From positions 67,490 through 131,489 of IMG/VR virus record IMGVR_UViG_3300001598_000001: 64,000 bases of DNA, one strand, 5' to 3'. The translations under genes and the position numbers were made by a program. Under the pieces are notes generated by a model, which did no database searches, was not told the origin of the DNA, and saw only the letters and a program-made list of their open reading frames with translations. Of the stretch, positions 44,849-56,000 are shown piece by piece. Numbering within the stretch: position 1 is the first letter of the stretch; each line of letters starts with the position of its first letter. Source of the stretch: a virus. Its lineage: Duplodnaviria > Caudoviricetes.

Positions 44849-45346
44849 ATGGCATTTAGCACTGGTAATAGCTTTGTATGTAGTCAATGTGGTAAACGTA
44901 TTTGAGGAAACAAGTTTCAATATGAAAATCAATCTTTATGTTTACATTGTTATGAAGCTTTAATTAAAAAAGAAAATACACAACAAGAGGGCAGTCGAGA
45001 TGATTTGTATAATTATATTCAAGGATTATTTCACCAAGAATGTCCTCCTGAAGTAAGTGTAGCAATAGAAAAATGAATTAAAAAAGGTAAAAAGTATACG
45101 GGTATTAAATATACTTTATATTATTTTTATGAAATTTTAGGTAATAAACCAGATTCTATTACTCTTATTAACTGAATTATTGAAACACAATATGATTTAG
45201 CAAGACAACATATAGCAGATCGTAATGAATTAAAAAATATTAATAGTCAGGTTCAAATAAATATTCCGCCTACTATTATTAAATTACACCCTAATAAAAA
45301 GAAAAACATACATAGGAATATTAATTATAAAATGGAGGATTTATAA
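44849..45346 (+). CDS. Zn-finger protein upstream of helicase, 165 aa (TGA=Trp), absent from ORF track
   Basis: CSQC...CLHC; GIKYTLYYFYEI; TAA 45344-45346; loader role is inference. Confidence 0.7.
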
Positions 45347-45350
45347 AATT

Positions 45351-46922
45351 ATGGAAAACGATAATATTAATACTTCGTCAAATAAAATTGCTGTTATTCA
45401 AGTACTAGCAGCTTTAATTGTTAATCCATTATTATTTGCAGATAATAATTATCGTTTTTCAATTGATGATTTTCCAGAACAATTCCATAAAATTGTTTAT
45501 GGAGCTGTAGAACATTTGGCTAAAAATGGTATGCAAAAAATTGATTATATTGATATTGATCAATTTTTAAAACAATATACGACTCAATATAAAGTTTTCT
45601 GTGCAAACAAAGGAATCGAATATATTCAACATGCTATTAATATGTATGATGCTAAAAAATTTGATTATTATTATAATACTTTAAAGAAGCACAGTTTAAT
45701 TAATTCTTTAAATTCACAAGGTATCGATACTAGTGATTTATATGATCCTAATATTATTGATCCTAAAAAAAGTGCAGAAATGCAGGCCAAATTTGATAAT
45801 TTAACAGTTAATGATATTTTATTAAACGAAGAAACTAAAATTATCATGGCCAAAGAAACTTTTGGTGGATCTAGTGATTTAGTTCAAAATAGACTTGGTG
45901 ATGATATTGAAGACTTAATTAGTGAGTTAAAAGAAAGTCCAGAAATTGGTTTACCATTGTGTTCACCTAAATTAACCACTATTTATAGAGGTCAGCGTTT
46001 AGGATGTGTCTTTATGGAATCCGCTCCTTCTGGTACAGGTAAAACTCGTAGAGCTGTTTCAGAGGCTTGTCATTTATCAGTATCTGAAATATATGATTTA
46101 GAACAAAAAAAGTGGGTTCATAATTCTTTTACTGAATCCGTATTAGTTTTAGAAACTGAATTAGAGCTTAAAGAAATTCAAACAATGGCTTTAGCATATG
46201 TATCTGGAGTTCCTGAAACTCATATTCTTGATGGTAAATATTATGATGATGAAGAAGCTAGAGTCAATAAAGCTGGACAAATTATTAAAAATAGTAATTT
46301 ATTTTTAGTTGCTATGACTAATTATGACACAGAAGACATTATTAATATTATTAAAAAATATCATCAAATTTATGGAGTTAATTACGTATATTATGATTAT
46401 CTTTCAGAAAGTTTAAAAATATTGGCTGAAGGAACCCGTAAAACCAAAACTCCGTTGCGTACAGACCAAATACTTTTAGCTATGATTACGAGTTTAAAAG
46501 ATTGTGCCAAGCAATTGGGTATTTATATTTGGACAGCAACACAATTATCAGGCGACTATAAAAACGCCAAAGAATTAGATGCTGGATATTTAAGATCAGC
46601 AAAATCTTTATCTGACAAAATTGACGTAGGTACTATTATGATGCCAGTACGTGAAATTGATCAAGATATTATAAATAGTTACTGTGCAAAAGGTTTTGAA
46701 GTTATTCCAAATTTTGTTGTATCGGTATATAAAATTAGACGTGGTACATATCAAAATATCAAAGTTTATGTTAATTTTGATCGTAATACTTGTCGTATGA
46801 CAGATTGTTTTGTTACAGATGCTAAAGGGGTTATTTTACCTATTGCTGATACTAATATTGAAATGATTTTAGATGATACTAAAATTGAAGATTTTGCAGA
46901 AGCATATGATTTTGATTTTTAG
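45351..46922 (+). CDS. dnaB: Replicative DNA helicase, 523 aa
   Basis: Walker A SAPSGTGKT, YYDYL, TATQLS, RSAKSLSDKID. Confidence 0.9.
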   Translation: MENDNINTSSNKIAVIQVLAALIVNPLLFADNNYRFSIDDFPEQFHKIVYGAVEHLAKNGMQKIDYIDIDQFLKQYTTQYKVFCANKGIEYIQHAINMYDAKKFDYYYNTLKKHSLINSLNSQGIDTSDLYDPNIIDPKKSAEMQAKFDNLTVNDILLNEETKIIMAKETFGGSSDLVQNRLGDDIEDLISELKESPEIGLPLCSPKLTTIYRGQRLGCVFMESAPSGTGKTRRAVSEACHLSVSEIYDLEQKKWVHNSFTESVLVLETELELKEIQTMALAYVSGVPETHILDGKYYDDEEARVNKAGQIIKNSNLFLVAMTNYDTEDIINIIKKYHQIYGVNYVYYDYLSESLKILAEGTRKTKTPLRTDQILLAMITSLKDCAKQLGIYIWTATQLSGDYKNAKELDAGYLRSAKSLSDKIDVGTIMMPVREIDQDIINSYCAKGFEVIPNFVVSVYKIRRGTYQNIKVYVNFDRNTCRMTDCFVTDAKGVILPIADTNIEMILDDTKIEDFAEAYDFDF

Positions 46923-46934
46923 AGGTAGACAAAT

Positions 46935-48032
46935 ATGTTAGATAGTAATAAAGTTAAAGACATGTTGTCTACTGATGATATCATCAAATTGTGTTGTGAT
47001 CTACAAGAAGACCCTAATTATTTTTATGATAATCAAGGTCACCCAATTTTCTTAACTTGTTTAGATCACCATGGAGGAGATTCTTGGAAATGTTATTATT
47101 ATCCAGAAACTAAATTATTTCATGTATACACAAGAGGAGCATCAAAAGATATTTTTGAAATTGTTCAACAAGTAAAAGATTTTACTGACTTCCGCCAAGC
47201 TTTTGAATATGTTGTTGATTATTTTCATTTGAAAGATGATCATAGTGAATATATTAATACAGATTTGACTAGTGACTGGGGGATTTTTCAACAAATTACC
47301 GATTACTCCAATATTGAAAAAGAAGAACAACAACAAATTCCTGTTATACAAGAAAATTTAATTGAGTATTTTTATCCATTGGCAGCGCCTGAGGAATGGA
47401 TTGAAGATCATATTACTCCTGAAGTAATGTATCATTTTGGAATTCGTATTGATAGCGCATTACAAAAAATTATCATTCCACAACGAAACATAGACGGACA
47501 ATTAATTGGTATTAGAGGACGTTCTTTTGATCCACAAGAAATTTTAGATGGAAAGAAATATATGCCAATTTTTATTGAAGGTCAAGTATTTAGAACACCA
47601 AATGGACGTACATTATTTGGTTTATATGAAAACAAAGATACTATACACAAAGTTAAAAGAGCATTAATTGTTGAAGGTGAAAAAAGTGTTATGCAATTAG
47701 CTTCTTATTATGGTATAGATGATTGTTGGGCAGTTGCCACATATGGTTCAACTCTCACAACAGATCAAGTGCAATTATTATTAGATTTAGATATCTCTGA
47801 AATTGTCATTGGATATGATCGTGAATTTGAAGGTGGACGTGGTGACGGTGATACTGTAGATTATGAAAAGAAAATTTTAAAAATGGTTGAACCTTTATTA
47901 CCTTATGTAAACGTTTCGGTAATTATGGATTATAATCATTTAACTAAATATAAAGACAGTCCTACAGACTGTGGAAAAGAAGTTTTTGAGCAATTATTTC
48001 ATGAACGCATGAAATTAAATAGTATAGGTTAA
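46935..48032 (+). CDS. dnaG: DNA primase (Toprim), 365 aa
   Basis: IIIPQRN..GIRGR, IVEGEKS, IGYDRE, KDSPTD. Confidence 0.85.
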   Translation: MLDSNKVKDMLSTDDIIKLCCDLQEDPNYFYDNQGHPIFLTCLDHHGGDSWKCYYYPETKLFHVYTRGASKDIFEIVQQVKDFTDFRQAFEYVVDYFHLKDDHSEYINTDLTSDWGIFQQITDYSNIEKEEQQQIPVIQENLIEYFYPLAAPEEWIEDHITPEVMYHFGIRIDSALQKIIIPQRNIDGQLIGIRGRSFDPQEILDGKKYMPIFIEGQVFRTPNGRTLFGLYENKDTIHKVKRALIVEGEKSVMQLASYYGIDDCWAVATYGSTLTTDQVQLLLDLDISEIVIGYDREFEGGRGDGDTVDYEKKILKMVEPLLPYVNVSVIMDYNHLTKYKDSPTDCGKEVFEQLFHERMKLNSIG

Positions 48033-48043
48033 GGAGGAAGTAT

Positions 48044-49033
48044 ATGACAAAACATAGTAATAAATTTTCATATAGTAAATTAAATACATATGATAATTGT
48101 GGTTTTAAATATTATTTACAATATGATCAAGGTCATTTCTTGTATACAGAATCTTTACCATCTGAATTAGGTACAACTCTTCACCATTGTGAAGAACATA
48201 TTGCATTAGCAATTATGGAAAATAAACCAGTTAATTATGATAAACTTAAAGATGATCTTCTAAATATTAATATACCTAAAAAATCAGTTTACGACACTGA
48301 AGGTGGAATTTTTGGGGTTAATATTTTGAAAAAGAAATATCCTGAAGAATTTTTTAGAGTAGATAATGAAGGAAAGTCTTATTTAACTAAAATAGAAAGA
48401 TATTTAGAAAAAGGGATTTATAGATTAGAAAATTGATTAAAAAATAATCCTGATTGAAAAATATATGGTGTTGAACATTTCTTTTCTATCCAATGAAATG
48501 GTGGGGTGTTAAGTGGTTTTATTGATCGTATTTTGTTTAATCCAAAAACAGGAGAATATCTTGTTGAAGATTTAAAAACAAAAGATCATCCATTTAGAGA
48601 AGAAGACTTAGTTACTCCTCTACAATTTGTTATTTATACAAAAGCATTGAGCGAATCGTTAAATATTCCCGTAGAAAAAATTAAATGTCAATACAATTTA
48701 CCATTTTGTGATTTGATTCAACCAGCTGGTACTCCTGGTTTCGTAGACAGAGGAACTAAAAAGATAAATCAAATATTTGAAAAAATTAACAATCATGATT
48801 GGACACCAAAACCATCGCCATTATGTTATTGGTGTAATTTCTCAGATACTAATCCTTCTCAACCAAAAGAAGGTAAAAACTTATGTCCATATTATTCTCT
48901 TTGGACAAAAGGAGGTACTCATAAAGTTTGAGAAGTAGCACATAAATGGAATGGCATGGATGATTATGCAAAATTAATTCAAGAAATTAAAAAAGAAAAT
49001 GAAGAATTATTAAATATAGATTTTGATTTTTAG
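48044..49033 (+). CDS. RecB/Cas4-like PD-(D/E)XK nuclease, 329 aa (TGA=Trp)
   Basis: FSYSKLNTYDNC, LGTTLH, GFIDRI, VEDLKT, QFVIY, CYWC...C. Confidence 0.85.
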
Positions 49034-49043
49034 GAGATAAATT

Positions 49044-49505
49044 ATGGAAAAAGAAATTATAAAAATTACATTTAATCCAGAACAATTAGAAGAATATACT
49101 TTCCAAGATAAAGATAATATTCCTGTTTGTAGCTTTTTACACATTTATGAAGCTATAGGTTTATTTCCTTATATTGAAGAGTATAAAAACGAACATTCTG
49201 ACTATCAACTATGTGCTATTACTGATTTATCATGTAATTTCTACACTCTACAATTTTTTAAAAGATTAATTAATTTAAACTGGGGATGTTATGAGTTAGA
49301 CATTAAAGATGATAATAAAATTATTTGGAATACTAAAAAGTATCCTAAGGGCACTAAACATTATGAAAAAACATTAAAATCTAAAATAAAAAGTTGTATT
49401 AACTTAGATTTTGCAAATTATTGTCCTGGTCTTGATGATGAATTGGAAGATTATGTATTAAAATTTGCTGTTATTATTCCAGATTCTGAAGAAAACGATA
49501 AATAA
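49044..49505 (+). CDS. Hypothetical protein, 153 aa
   Basis: AGGAG RBS, open frame. Confidence 0.7.
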   Translation: MEKEIIKITFNPEQLEEYTFQDKDNIPVCSFLHIYEAIGLFPYIEEYKNEHSDYQLCAITDLSCNFYTLQFFKRLINLNWGCYELDIKDDNKIIWNTKKYPKGTKHYEKTLKSKIKSCINLDFANYCPGLDDELEDYVLKFAVIIPDSEENDK

Positions 49506-49535
49506 AAGTGGTATGATTATCACTTTTTTATTTAA

Positions 49536-49564
49536 TTGCAAAAACATTTATTTCCCATTATAAT
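49536..49564 (+). promoter_or_regulatory. Sigma-A-type promoter
   Basis: TTGCAA-17-TATAAT with CCCAT before -10, after hairpin AAAAGTGGTA/TATCACTTTT. Confidence 0.7.
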
Positions 49565-49591
49565 ATATATAGTAATTAAAAGGAGGAAAAA

Positions 49592-50125
49592 ATGGATATT
49601 ACATGGAATATTATCGAATGGTATAAAACTACTAATGATCCTTTCAAAATTATTCTTTTATATTTATTAGTTCAAATGATTAATGTAGTGACCTCTACGT
49701 TAAAGAGTGTAATTTTAGTAAAAGGAACTAAAAAAGCTGCTATAGCAATTAATACTTTTCACTATGTTATTAACGCTTTAGTTGTTGCATTGATTGGTAA
49801 TGTTATTGCTAATATTCCAATTGTTTTAATAATCACAGCAATTACTAATTTTATAGGAGTATGGTGGGGATTAACATTAATTGATAAATTAAAGAAAGAT
49901 CGTTTGTGGCGTATTAGTGCGACTGTCAAATCTGCGGATTGGGAATCATTAAAAAATGATCTTAAAAATCATAACATTAAATTTATTAAATTTGAAACCG
50001 ATTGGGATAAAATTGATTTAATTGATGTATTTTCACATTCGCGTGAAGAAAGTAGTCAAATTAGTGAAATTTTTAGCCATTATAAAGTAAAATATACTAT
50101 TTATAGTAATAATTATAATTTATAA
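49592..50125 (+). CDS. Membrane protein (UPF0316/DUF5698-like), 177 aa
   Basis: Three TM segments with NVVTSTLKSVILVKG, soluble C-terminal domain. Confidence 0.6.
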   Translation: MDITWNIIEWYKTTNDPFKIILLYLLVQMINVVTSTLKSVILVKGTKKAAIAINTFHYVINALVVALIGNVIANIPIVLIITAITNFIGVWWGLTLIDKLKKDRLWRISATVKSADWESLKNDLKNHNIKFIKFETDWDKIDLIDVFSHSREESSQISEIFSHYKVKYTIYSNNYNL

Positions 50126-50140
50126 TAGAGGAGAATAAAA

Positions 50141-50395
50141 ATGAAAATTAAAGAACTAACAACATACTTGTCTACAGAAATTTATAACAACAATCCTATA
50201 ATTTTATCCGATTCTGGTTGGGAATGTGATCCTACTGATATTAATGGAATTTATTATAGTAAAAAAGCTAATGTTCTTATTTTTACACAAGGATATGATT
50301 ATCATTTTGATGATTTTACTTTAGATGTTATTCAAGATGATATTAATAATTACAATTTAAGATTTCACGTGGACGATTTTCAATGTATTAAATAA
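50141..50395 (+). CDS. Hypothetical protein, 84 aa
   Basis: GAGGAG RBS; SDSGWECDPT motif. Confidence 0.75.
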   Translation: MKIKELTTYLSTEIYNNNPIILSDSGWECDPTDINGIYYSKKANVLIFTQGYDYHFDDFTLDVIQDDINNYNLRFHVDDFQCIK

Positions 50396-50404
50396 GGAGT
50401 GCTT

Positions 50405-50767
50405 ATGAATAGAAAAATACCAAAATTAAAATATTTTAAGACTAAAAAAGAGCAAGAACCATATATTATAAAAACCACAGCAATAGCTGACGAGTTTAGT
50501 GTTGCTTTAAACAACAGTATTTACAAACAAATGAATCCCAATTTACCAGAAATTAAAGTGGGACAAGAAATTGAAGTATGTGAAGAACCTTTTGCATATT
50601 TCAAATATAAAGGCAATATTTATCCAATATATAGTGATGATCCTGGACAACAAAATTATATTAAATTAAATGGAGAAGATTATGGAGCTGGTTCTTTTAC
50701 TTCTTATCCATATGATGTCGAATATTTTATTTATATTATTGAACAACAAAAAAGAGGAAAAAAATAG
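50405..50767 (+). CDS. Hypothetical protein, ~120 aa
   Basis: TAAGGAG RBS fits ATG 50405. Confidence 0.7.
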   Translation: MNRKIPKLKYFKTKKEQEPYIIKTTAIADEFSVALNNSIYKQMNPNLPEIKVGQEIEVCEEPFAYFKYKGNIYPIYSDDPGQQNYIKLNGEDYGAGSFTSYPYDVEYFIYIIEQQKRGKK

Positions 50768-50782
50768 GAGTGGAAGTTAAAT

Positions 50783-51505
50783 ATGTATAAACATTTATAT
50801 GAAAATTTTAAACACTGGTATCATGGTGGAAATATTTGGTTTTATTCTGATCCACATTTTGGTGATATAGAATCTTATAAAATTAGATTTCCTAAAGAGT
50901 TCGACTTTGATAACAACTCAGACAGACCATCAGATGATTGGGTTGTAAATAAATTAGATCAAATCCAGATTGATAACATTAATAAAAAAGTTCGTAAGAA
51001 TGATACATTAATTATTTTAGGTGATGTTGGTGATTTGGAATGTATTAGACGCTTAAAAGCCGACTATAAAGTTCTTATTATGGGTAATCACGACCTAGGC
51101 GCTTCTAATTATCAAAGAAGAATCGGGTATTTAGATAAATCGCATCTTGGTGAAGATAAAAAATATCATTATATAGAAAAAGATAATAAATTGTTTGATG
51201 AAGTGTATGAAGGAACGCTACAAATTAGTCCTAAAATTATATTAAGTCACGAGCCAATAGAATATAAATATTGTTTAAATGTTCATGGTCATGTTCATCC
51301 ATGCAGACCTTTAACTGAATTAGATTTGCCATATTATGAATTAATCACAGCTGATCATATTTATAAATATTATAACTGTTGTGCTGAATATTTAAATTAT
51401 ACACCAATTTGTTTAAAATCGATTGTAGAATCTGGCGTATTAAAACATATAACAGATATTCATCGAGAAACTATTGACAAAGCTAGTAGTGTAAAAGGAG
51501 TGTAA
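50783..51505 (+). CDS. Calcineurin-like metallophosphoesterase, 240 aa
   Basis: SDPHF, LGDV, MGNHD, SHEP, HGHVH. Confidence 0.9.
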   Translation: MYKHLYENFKHWYHGGNIWFYSDPHFGDIESYKIRFPKEFDFDNNSDRPSDDWVVNKLDQIQIDNINKKVRKNDTLIILGDVGDLECIRRLKADYKVLIMGNHDLGASNYQRRIGYLDKSHLGEDKKYHYIEKDNKLFDEVYEGTLQISPKIILSHEPIEYKYCLNVHGHVHPCRPLTELDLPYYELITADHIYKYYNCCAEYLNYTPICLKSIVESGVLKHITDIHRETIDKASSVKGV

Positions 51506-51510
51506 AAATT

Positions 51511-51702
51511 ATGGATGACAAAAATATAAAATTATTATCACTATTTAAAAGATTTTTTACAGAAGAAGAAGTTTGGAAAGATTTGGCTTTTGGCACAGAT
51601 CAAAATAAACTATATATTGATAGTTGTATTGTATATAAAGATGAAGAAGAAAAAAAATTGTTACAAGAATGGTTAACAGAGGAGGAATCAAAACATGAAT
51701 AA
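51511..51702 (+). CDS. Hypothetical protein, 63 aa
   Basis: AAGGAG RBS, packed operon. Confidence 0.65.
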   Translation: MDDKNIKLLSLFKRFFTEEEVWKDLAFGTDQNKLYIDSCIVYKDEEEKKLLQEWLTEEESKHE

Positions 51703-51994
51703 TTTAGAAATATTAGAAAACACCGTAAAAAGTCCAGAAGTTCAGTCGAATAGTTGGGATGCTTTATTAGAACTTAGCAGTGCTAGTTGTTTAAGTTGTG
51801 ATAATGATGATTCACAATGTTCTGATTGTATTGTAAGAAATAGTAAGAATATTATTCGTGAAGATTTAAGAAAATTAGTACAATATCAAGAATTATTTCA
51901 AAAAATTATTAAGTCCGACCCCACTTTAGAATATAGTGGCAAAGAATTAAGTGATTATTATTACGATATCGAAAACAAGGAGAAAACATTATAA
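51695..51994 (+). CDS. Hypothetical protein, 99 aa
   Basis: GAGGAGG RBS; CxxC-x6-CxxC. Confidence 0.65.
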   Translation: MNNLEILENTVKSPEVQSNSWDALLELSSASCLSCDNDDSQCSDCIVRNSKNIIREDLRKLVQYQELFQKIIKSDPTLEYSGKELSDYYYDIENKEKTL

Positions 51995-52329
51995 TGAAAA
52001 AGAAGATGGTGTTAGATCGTCAATTTACAGTTTTAGTTGAATGGTGCTATACTAATAATCCTAAAACATCTATTGAGCACTGTTATATTTGGCCAACCAG
52101 AAAAAATGATTATCAATATGATGGTGAAAATTATGTTGGACATCATGGTAATGAAGGTATGTCTTTTTCTATTTATGATTCTTTAGAAACCGCAATCGTT
52201 CATGCTCAATATAATCCAAAGCATATTATTTTTCAAAAATTAAATAGATTAGAGCGTCGTAAGAAAAAAGAAATTTTAAATTCTTATTCTTGGGATAATT
52301 ATAAGGGATTGATAAAAAATAATAATTAA
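51994..52329 (+). CDS. Hypothetical protein, 111 aa
   Basis: AAGGAG RBS, TAATG coupling. Confidence 0.65.
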   Translation: MKKKMVLDRQFTVLVEWCYTNNPKTSIEHCYIWPTRKNDYQYDGENYVGHHGNEGMSFSIYDSLETAIVHAQYNPKHIIFQKLNRLERRKKKEILNSYSWDNYKGLIKNNN

Positions 52330-52347
52330 TAATATATTAATAAAAGC

Positions 52348-52376
52348 TTGTTTTTTAAATCAATACCCACTATAAT
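52348..52376 (+). promoter_or_regulatory. Sigma-A-type promoter
   Basis: TTGTTT-17-TATAAT with CCCAC before -10. Confidence 0.6.
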
Positions 52377-52400
52377 ATAATTAAAGGAGAAAAGAAACGC

Positions 52401-52817
52401 ATGTTTAAGAAATTATCAAAACTTGATAGAATCTTAGTAATTATTGCTTTAGCTTTAGCTGCAATATGTTTAGTTTTAGACTGTTTTATTGCACCAACCA
52501 GAGCTACTACAATTATTAAAGCTATTGTTGGTTTATATATGTTAGGTTGTATTGTTTATTTCGGAATTAGAGATGACAAGAAACCAGTTAAGAAACCAGC
52601 AGCTAAAAAGACTGTTGCAACTGCTGCTGCAGAAACTGCACCTGTCGATTCAGCTAAAGATACTACAAAATCAATAAAAATTAAATATAAGATGCAGGAG
52701 CTTCGGTCTCCTGCATATCTGTATGGGGCTGTAGCTCACCTGGGAGAGCACTTCCATGGCATGGAAGGGGTAGCGAGTTCGATCCTCGTCAGCTCCACCA
52801 AAAAAAGGAGAATATAA
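52401..52817 (+). CDS. Two-TM membrane protein with K/A/P-rich tail; frame runs through a hairpin and tRNA-Ala
   Basis: AAAGGAG RBS; two hydrophobic helices; true end uncertain (~52680). Confidence 0.6.
   Translation: MFKKLSKLDRILVIIALALAAICLVLDCFIAPTRATTIIKAIVGLYMLGCIVYFGIRDDKKPVKKPAAKKTVATAAAETAPVDSAKDTTKSIKIKYKMQELRSPAYLYGAVAHLGEHFHGMEGVASSILVSSTKKRRI
52725..52800 (+). tRNA. tRNA-Ala(GGC)
   Basis: GGGGCTG/CAGCTCC with G3-U70, anticodon arm CTTCC-AT GGC AT-GGAAG, T arm, ACCA. Confidence 0.95.
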
Positions 52818-53077
52818 TGTGGTACGAAATATTTTTAACATTTTATTATATATTTAGTTTTACTCAAAGTATTCCTGCTGTTATTAAATTATTAATGACA
52901 CACAAAAGTCATGATTATAATCTTGGTTATAAAATATTACAAACTTTAGCGTTAATTTGTTGGACAATTTATGTTTTTAATACAGCACAGCAACCATTTC
53001 AAAAAATTGCTGCAATTGTAGATATGGGATTACTTACTTTAGAAGATATACTAATTTTAATATATTATAACAAATAG
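52817..53077 (+). CDS. PQ-loop/SemiSWEET-like three-helix membrane protein, 86 aa
   Basis: SIPAVIKLLMTHKSHD then two more TM helices. Confidence 0.55.
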   Translation: MWYEIFLTFYYIFSFTQSIPAVIKLLMTHKSHDYNLGYKILQTLALICWTIYVFNTAQQPFQKIAAIVDMGLLTLEDILILIYYNK

Positions 53078-53090
53078 AAAGGAGATATCA

Positions 53091-56000
53091 ATGACAGGTT
53101 TTTATTCATTACATAATCATTCTCAATATTCTAATATTAGAATGTTAGATTGTATTATTAAACCTAAAGATTTGGTTCAAAAAGCAATTGATTTAGGATA
53201 TAAAGGTATTGCACTCACTGATCATGAGTCTCTTTCTGGTTCAATTGATATGTTAAAGATCCGTGATAGTATTAAAGAAACTAATCCAGATTTTAAAATT
53301 ATTTTTGGTAACGAAATATATTTAATTGAAGAGTGTATGATTAAAAACACCCCTAAATATTATCATTTTATATTATTAGCAAAAGATGAAATTGGTTGGA
53401 AACAATTACAAACACTTTCTGATAGAGCATGGGATCGTTCTTATGTTGAAAAGGGATTGCGTAGAACTCCTACAACATATAAAGATCTTGAAGAAATTGT
53501 AAAACCTAATCCAGGACATGTTTTTGCATCTACTGCATGTTTAGGTGGTTATTTACCAAATTGTATTCTTGATCACGAAGTTGATAAGGCAAATCGTTTT
53601 GTTCAATGGTGTATAAAAGTTTTTGGTGCTGATAATATTGCATTAGAAATACAACCTTCAGATTCTGAAGAACAAACTACTGTTAACAGAGTATTGGTTA
53701 ATTTTGCCAATCATTATAATTTACCTTATATTGTTACTACTGATAGTCATTATCTTGAAAAAGATGATTTTAATATTCACAGCGCTTTTTTAAATAGTAA
53801 ACAATCTAGTGATAGAGAAACAGAAAAATTTTATCGTTTTACCTATATGATGAACGAGGAAGAAATTCGTTCATTGTTAAAGCTAAGTAAGTTAACTGAT
53901 CAAGAAATTGATATTGCTTTTAGCAATACTTGTAAAATTGCTAACCAAATTGTAGATTTTGATTTTAGACACGACACAAATATTCCTTGTCCAAATCTTC
54001 CTCAATTTAAATTAGAACACATATTAAAGCCTTGGTATGAACAATATGAATGTATTAAGTATTATGCTTATAGTAAATATGATCAAGATCAATATTTATT
54101 ATATTTAATTGAACAAGGTATTAAATCAAAAGGTATTAGTATTGACACAGTTAAAGCTGAACGTATTAATACTGAATTAGATGTTCTTCGTTACATTACA
54201 GATGCTAATAATCAACCTGTAAGTGGTTATTTAAATCTAGTCAAAACAATTGAAGATATTATTTGGGAAATTAGTTTTATAGGTGTATCTAGAGGATCTG
54301 CCATGTCTTTTTATATTAATTACCTTATTGGTATTGTTCAAGCTAATCCATTAGATTATGATATTGCTTATTGGCGTTTCTTAAATAAAGCAAGATCAGG
54401 CGCTGGCAACTGGCCTGATGTTGATATTGATATTGCTCCATCTAAAACTGAAGATGTTATTAATTTATTGAAGCAACGTTTTGGAGAAAAAAATGTTATT
54501 AATTGTGCAACTTTTAAAACAGAATCTTTAAAATCTGCTATTTTAACCGCAATGAGAGGGTTGGGATATAACAATGATGATGCACAAGCAATTGCATCAC
54601 TTGTTCCTGCTCATCGTGGTAAGATTTATTCATTACAAGATTGTCTCGAAGGTAATGAAGAAATGGGTTTTGAACCAGTTCCAGGATTTCAAGATAAATT
54701 AAATCAATATCCAAAATTATTAGATACTATTCGTAAAATTGAAGGGCTTTCAACCAATGCAAGTATTCATGCTTCTGCAGTATATATTACTAAAGAAGGA
54801 TATGATAATTATGTTTCTTGTATGAGAGCACCAAATGGTACAAAAATTACATCATTAAATATGCATGATTCCGATGATTGTGGTATGTTAAAATTCGACC
54901 TATTAAGAACTGATGCGGAAGAAAAATTGATGCAATGTATGTCTTTGCTATTAGAACATAATGAAATTCAATGGCAAGGTAGTTTAAGATCAACATATGA
55001 TAAATATTTACATCCAGATCATTTAATATATAATAATTCAAAAATGTGGGCCGATGCTGCTTCTGGAAAAATTGCCAATTTATTCCAATTTGAAACGCAA
55101 GTAGGTGCAGTTTGTATCGCTAAAACTAGACCTGAAAACATTAAGCAAATGGGGGCCGCAAATGCTGTTATGAGATTACAAGCTGAAGGTGGTAAAGAAT
55201 CTCCAATTGATCGTTATGTCCGTTTTAGAAACGATAACGATTTATGGTATTTAGAAATGGCTGAAGCTGGATTGAATGGTGAAGAAGTTAAAATTCTCGA
55301 AAAATATTTAAAACACAAATTTGGTTGTGCTGTTGAGCAAGAGGATGTTATGCAATTATTAATGGATCCTCAAGTTGCTAATTTTACTTTAAAAGAAGCT
55401 GATCATGCAAGAAAAATTATTGCTAAAAAGAAATTAGCTGAAATCACACAACTTAAAGATGACTTTTATAATGCAGGAGTTGCTCGTAAAGAATTTTCTG
55501 ATTATGTTTGGACTAATTGTATTGAACCACAATTAGGTTATTCTTTCTCGGTTCCTCATGATATCGGTTATAGTTTAATTGCTTTACAAGAAATGAATTG
55601 CGCATCTAATTTTAATTCATTATATTGGCAATGTGCTTGTTTAAATGTAAATAGTGGAAACTCTAACACAGACGCGATAGACGAAGAAAATGATGAAGAT
55701 GATAAATTAATCGAGGAAGAGGAAAATAATGCTGAGGAAGCCGAAAAAGGGGCAAAAACAAAGCGTGTAGCTCCAAACTATGGTAAAATTGCCAAAGCTA
55801 TCTCAGATGCTCAGCTTTCTGGAGTTAAAATTGATCTTCCCGATATTAATGAAGCTGAAGATCGTTTTATTCCAGATATTCAAAGAAACAGTATTCTATA
55901 TAGTTTACAAGCTGTTAATACTATTAGTTTTGATTTATTAGACCGTATTATTCAAAATCGTCCTTATACGGGTGTACTTGATTTTTATAACAAGGTACAA

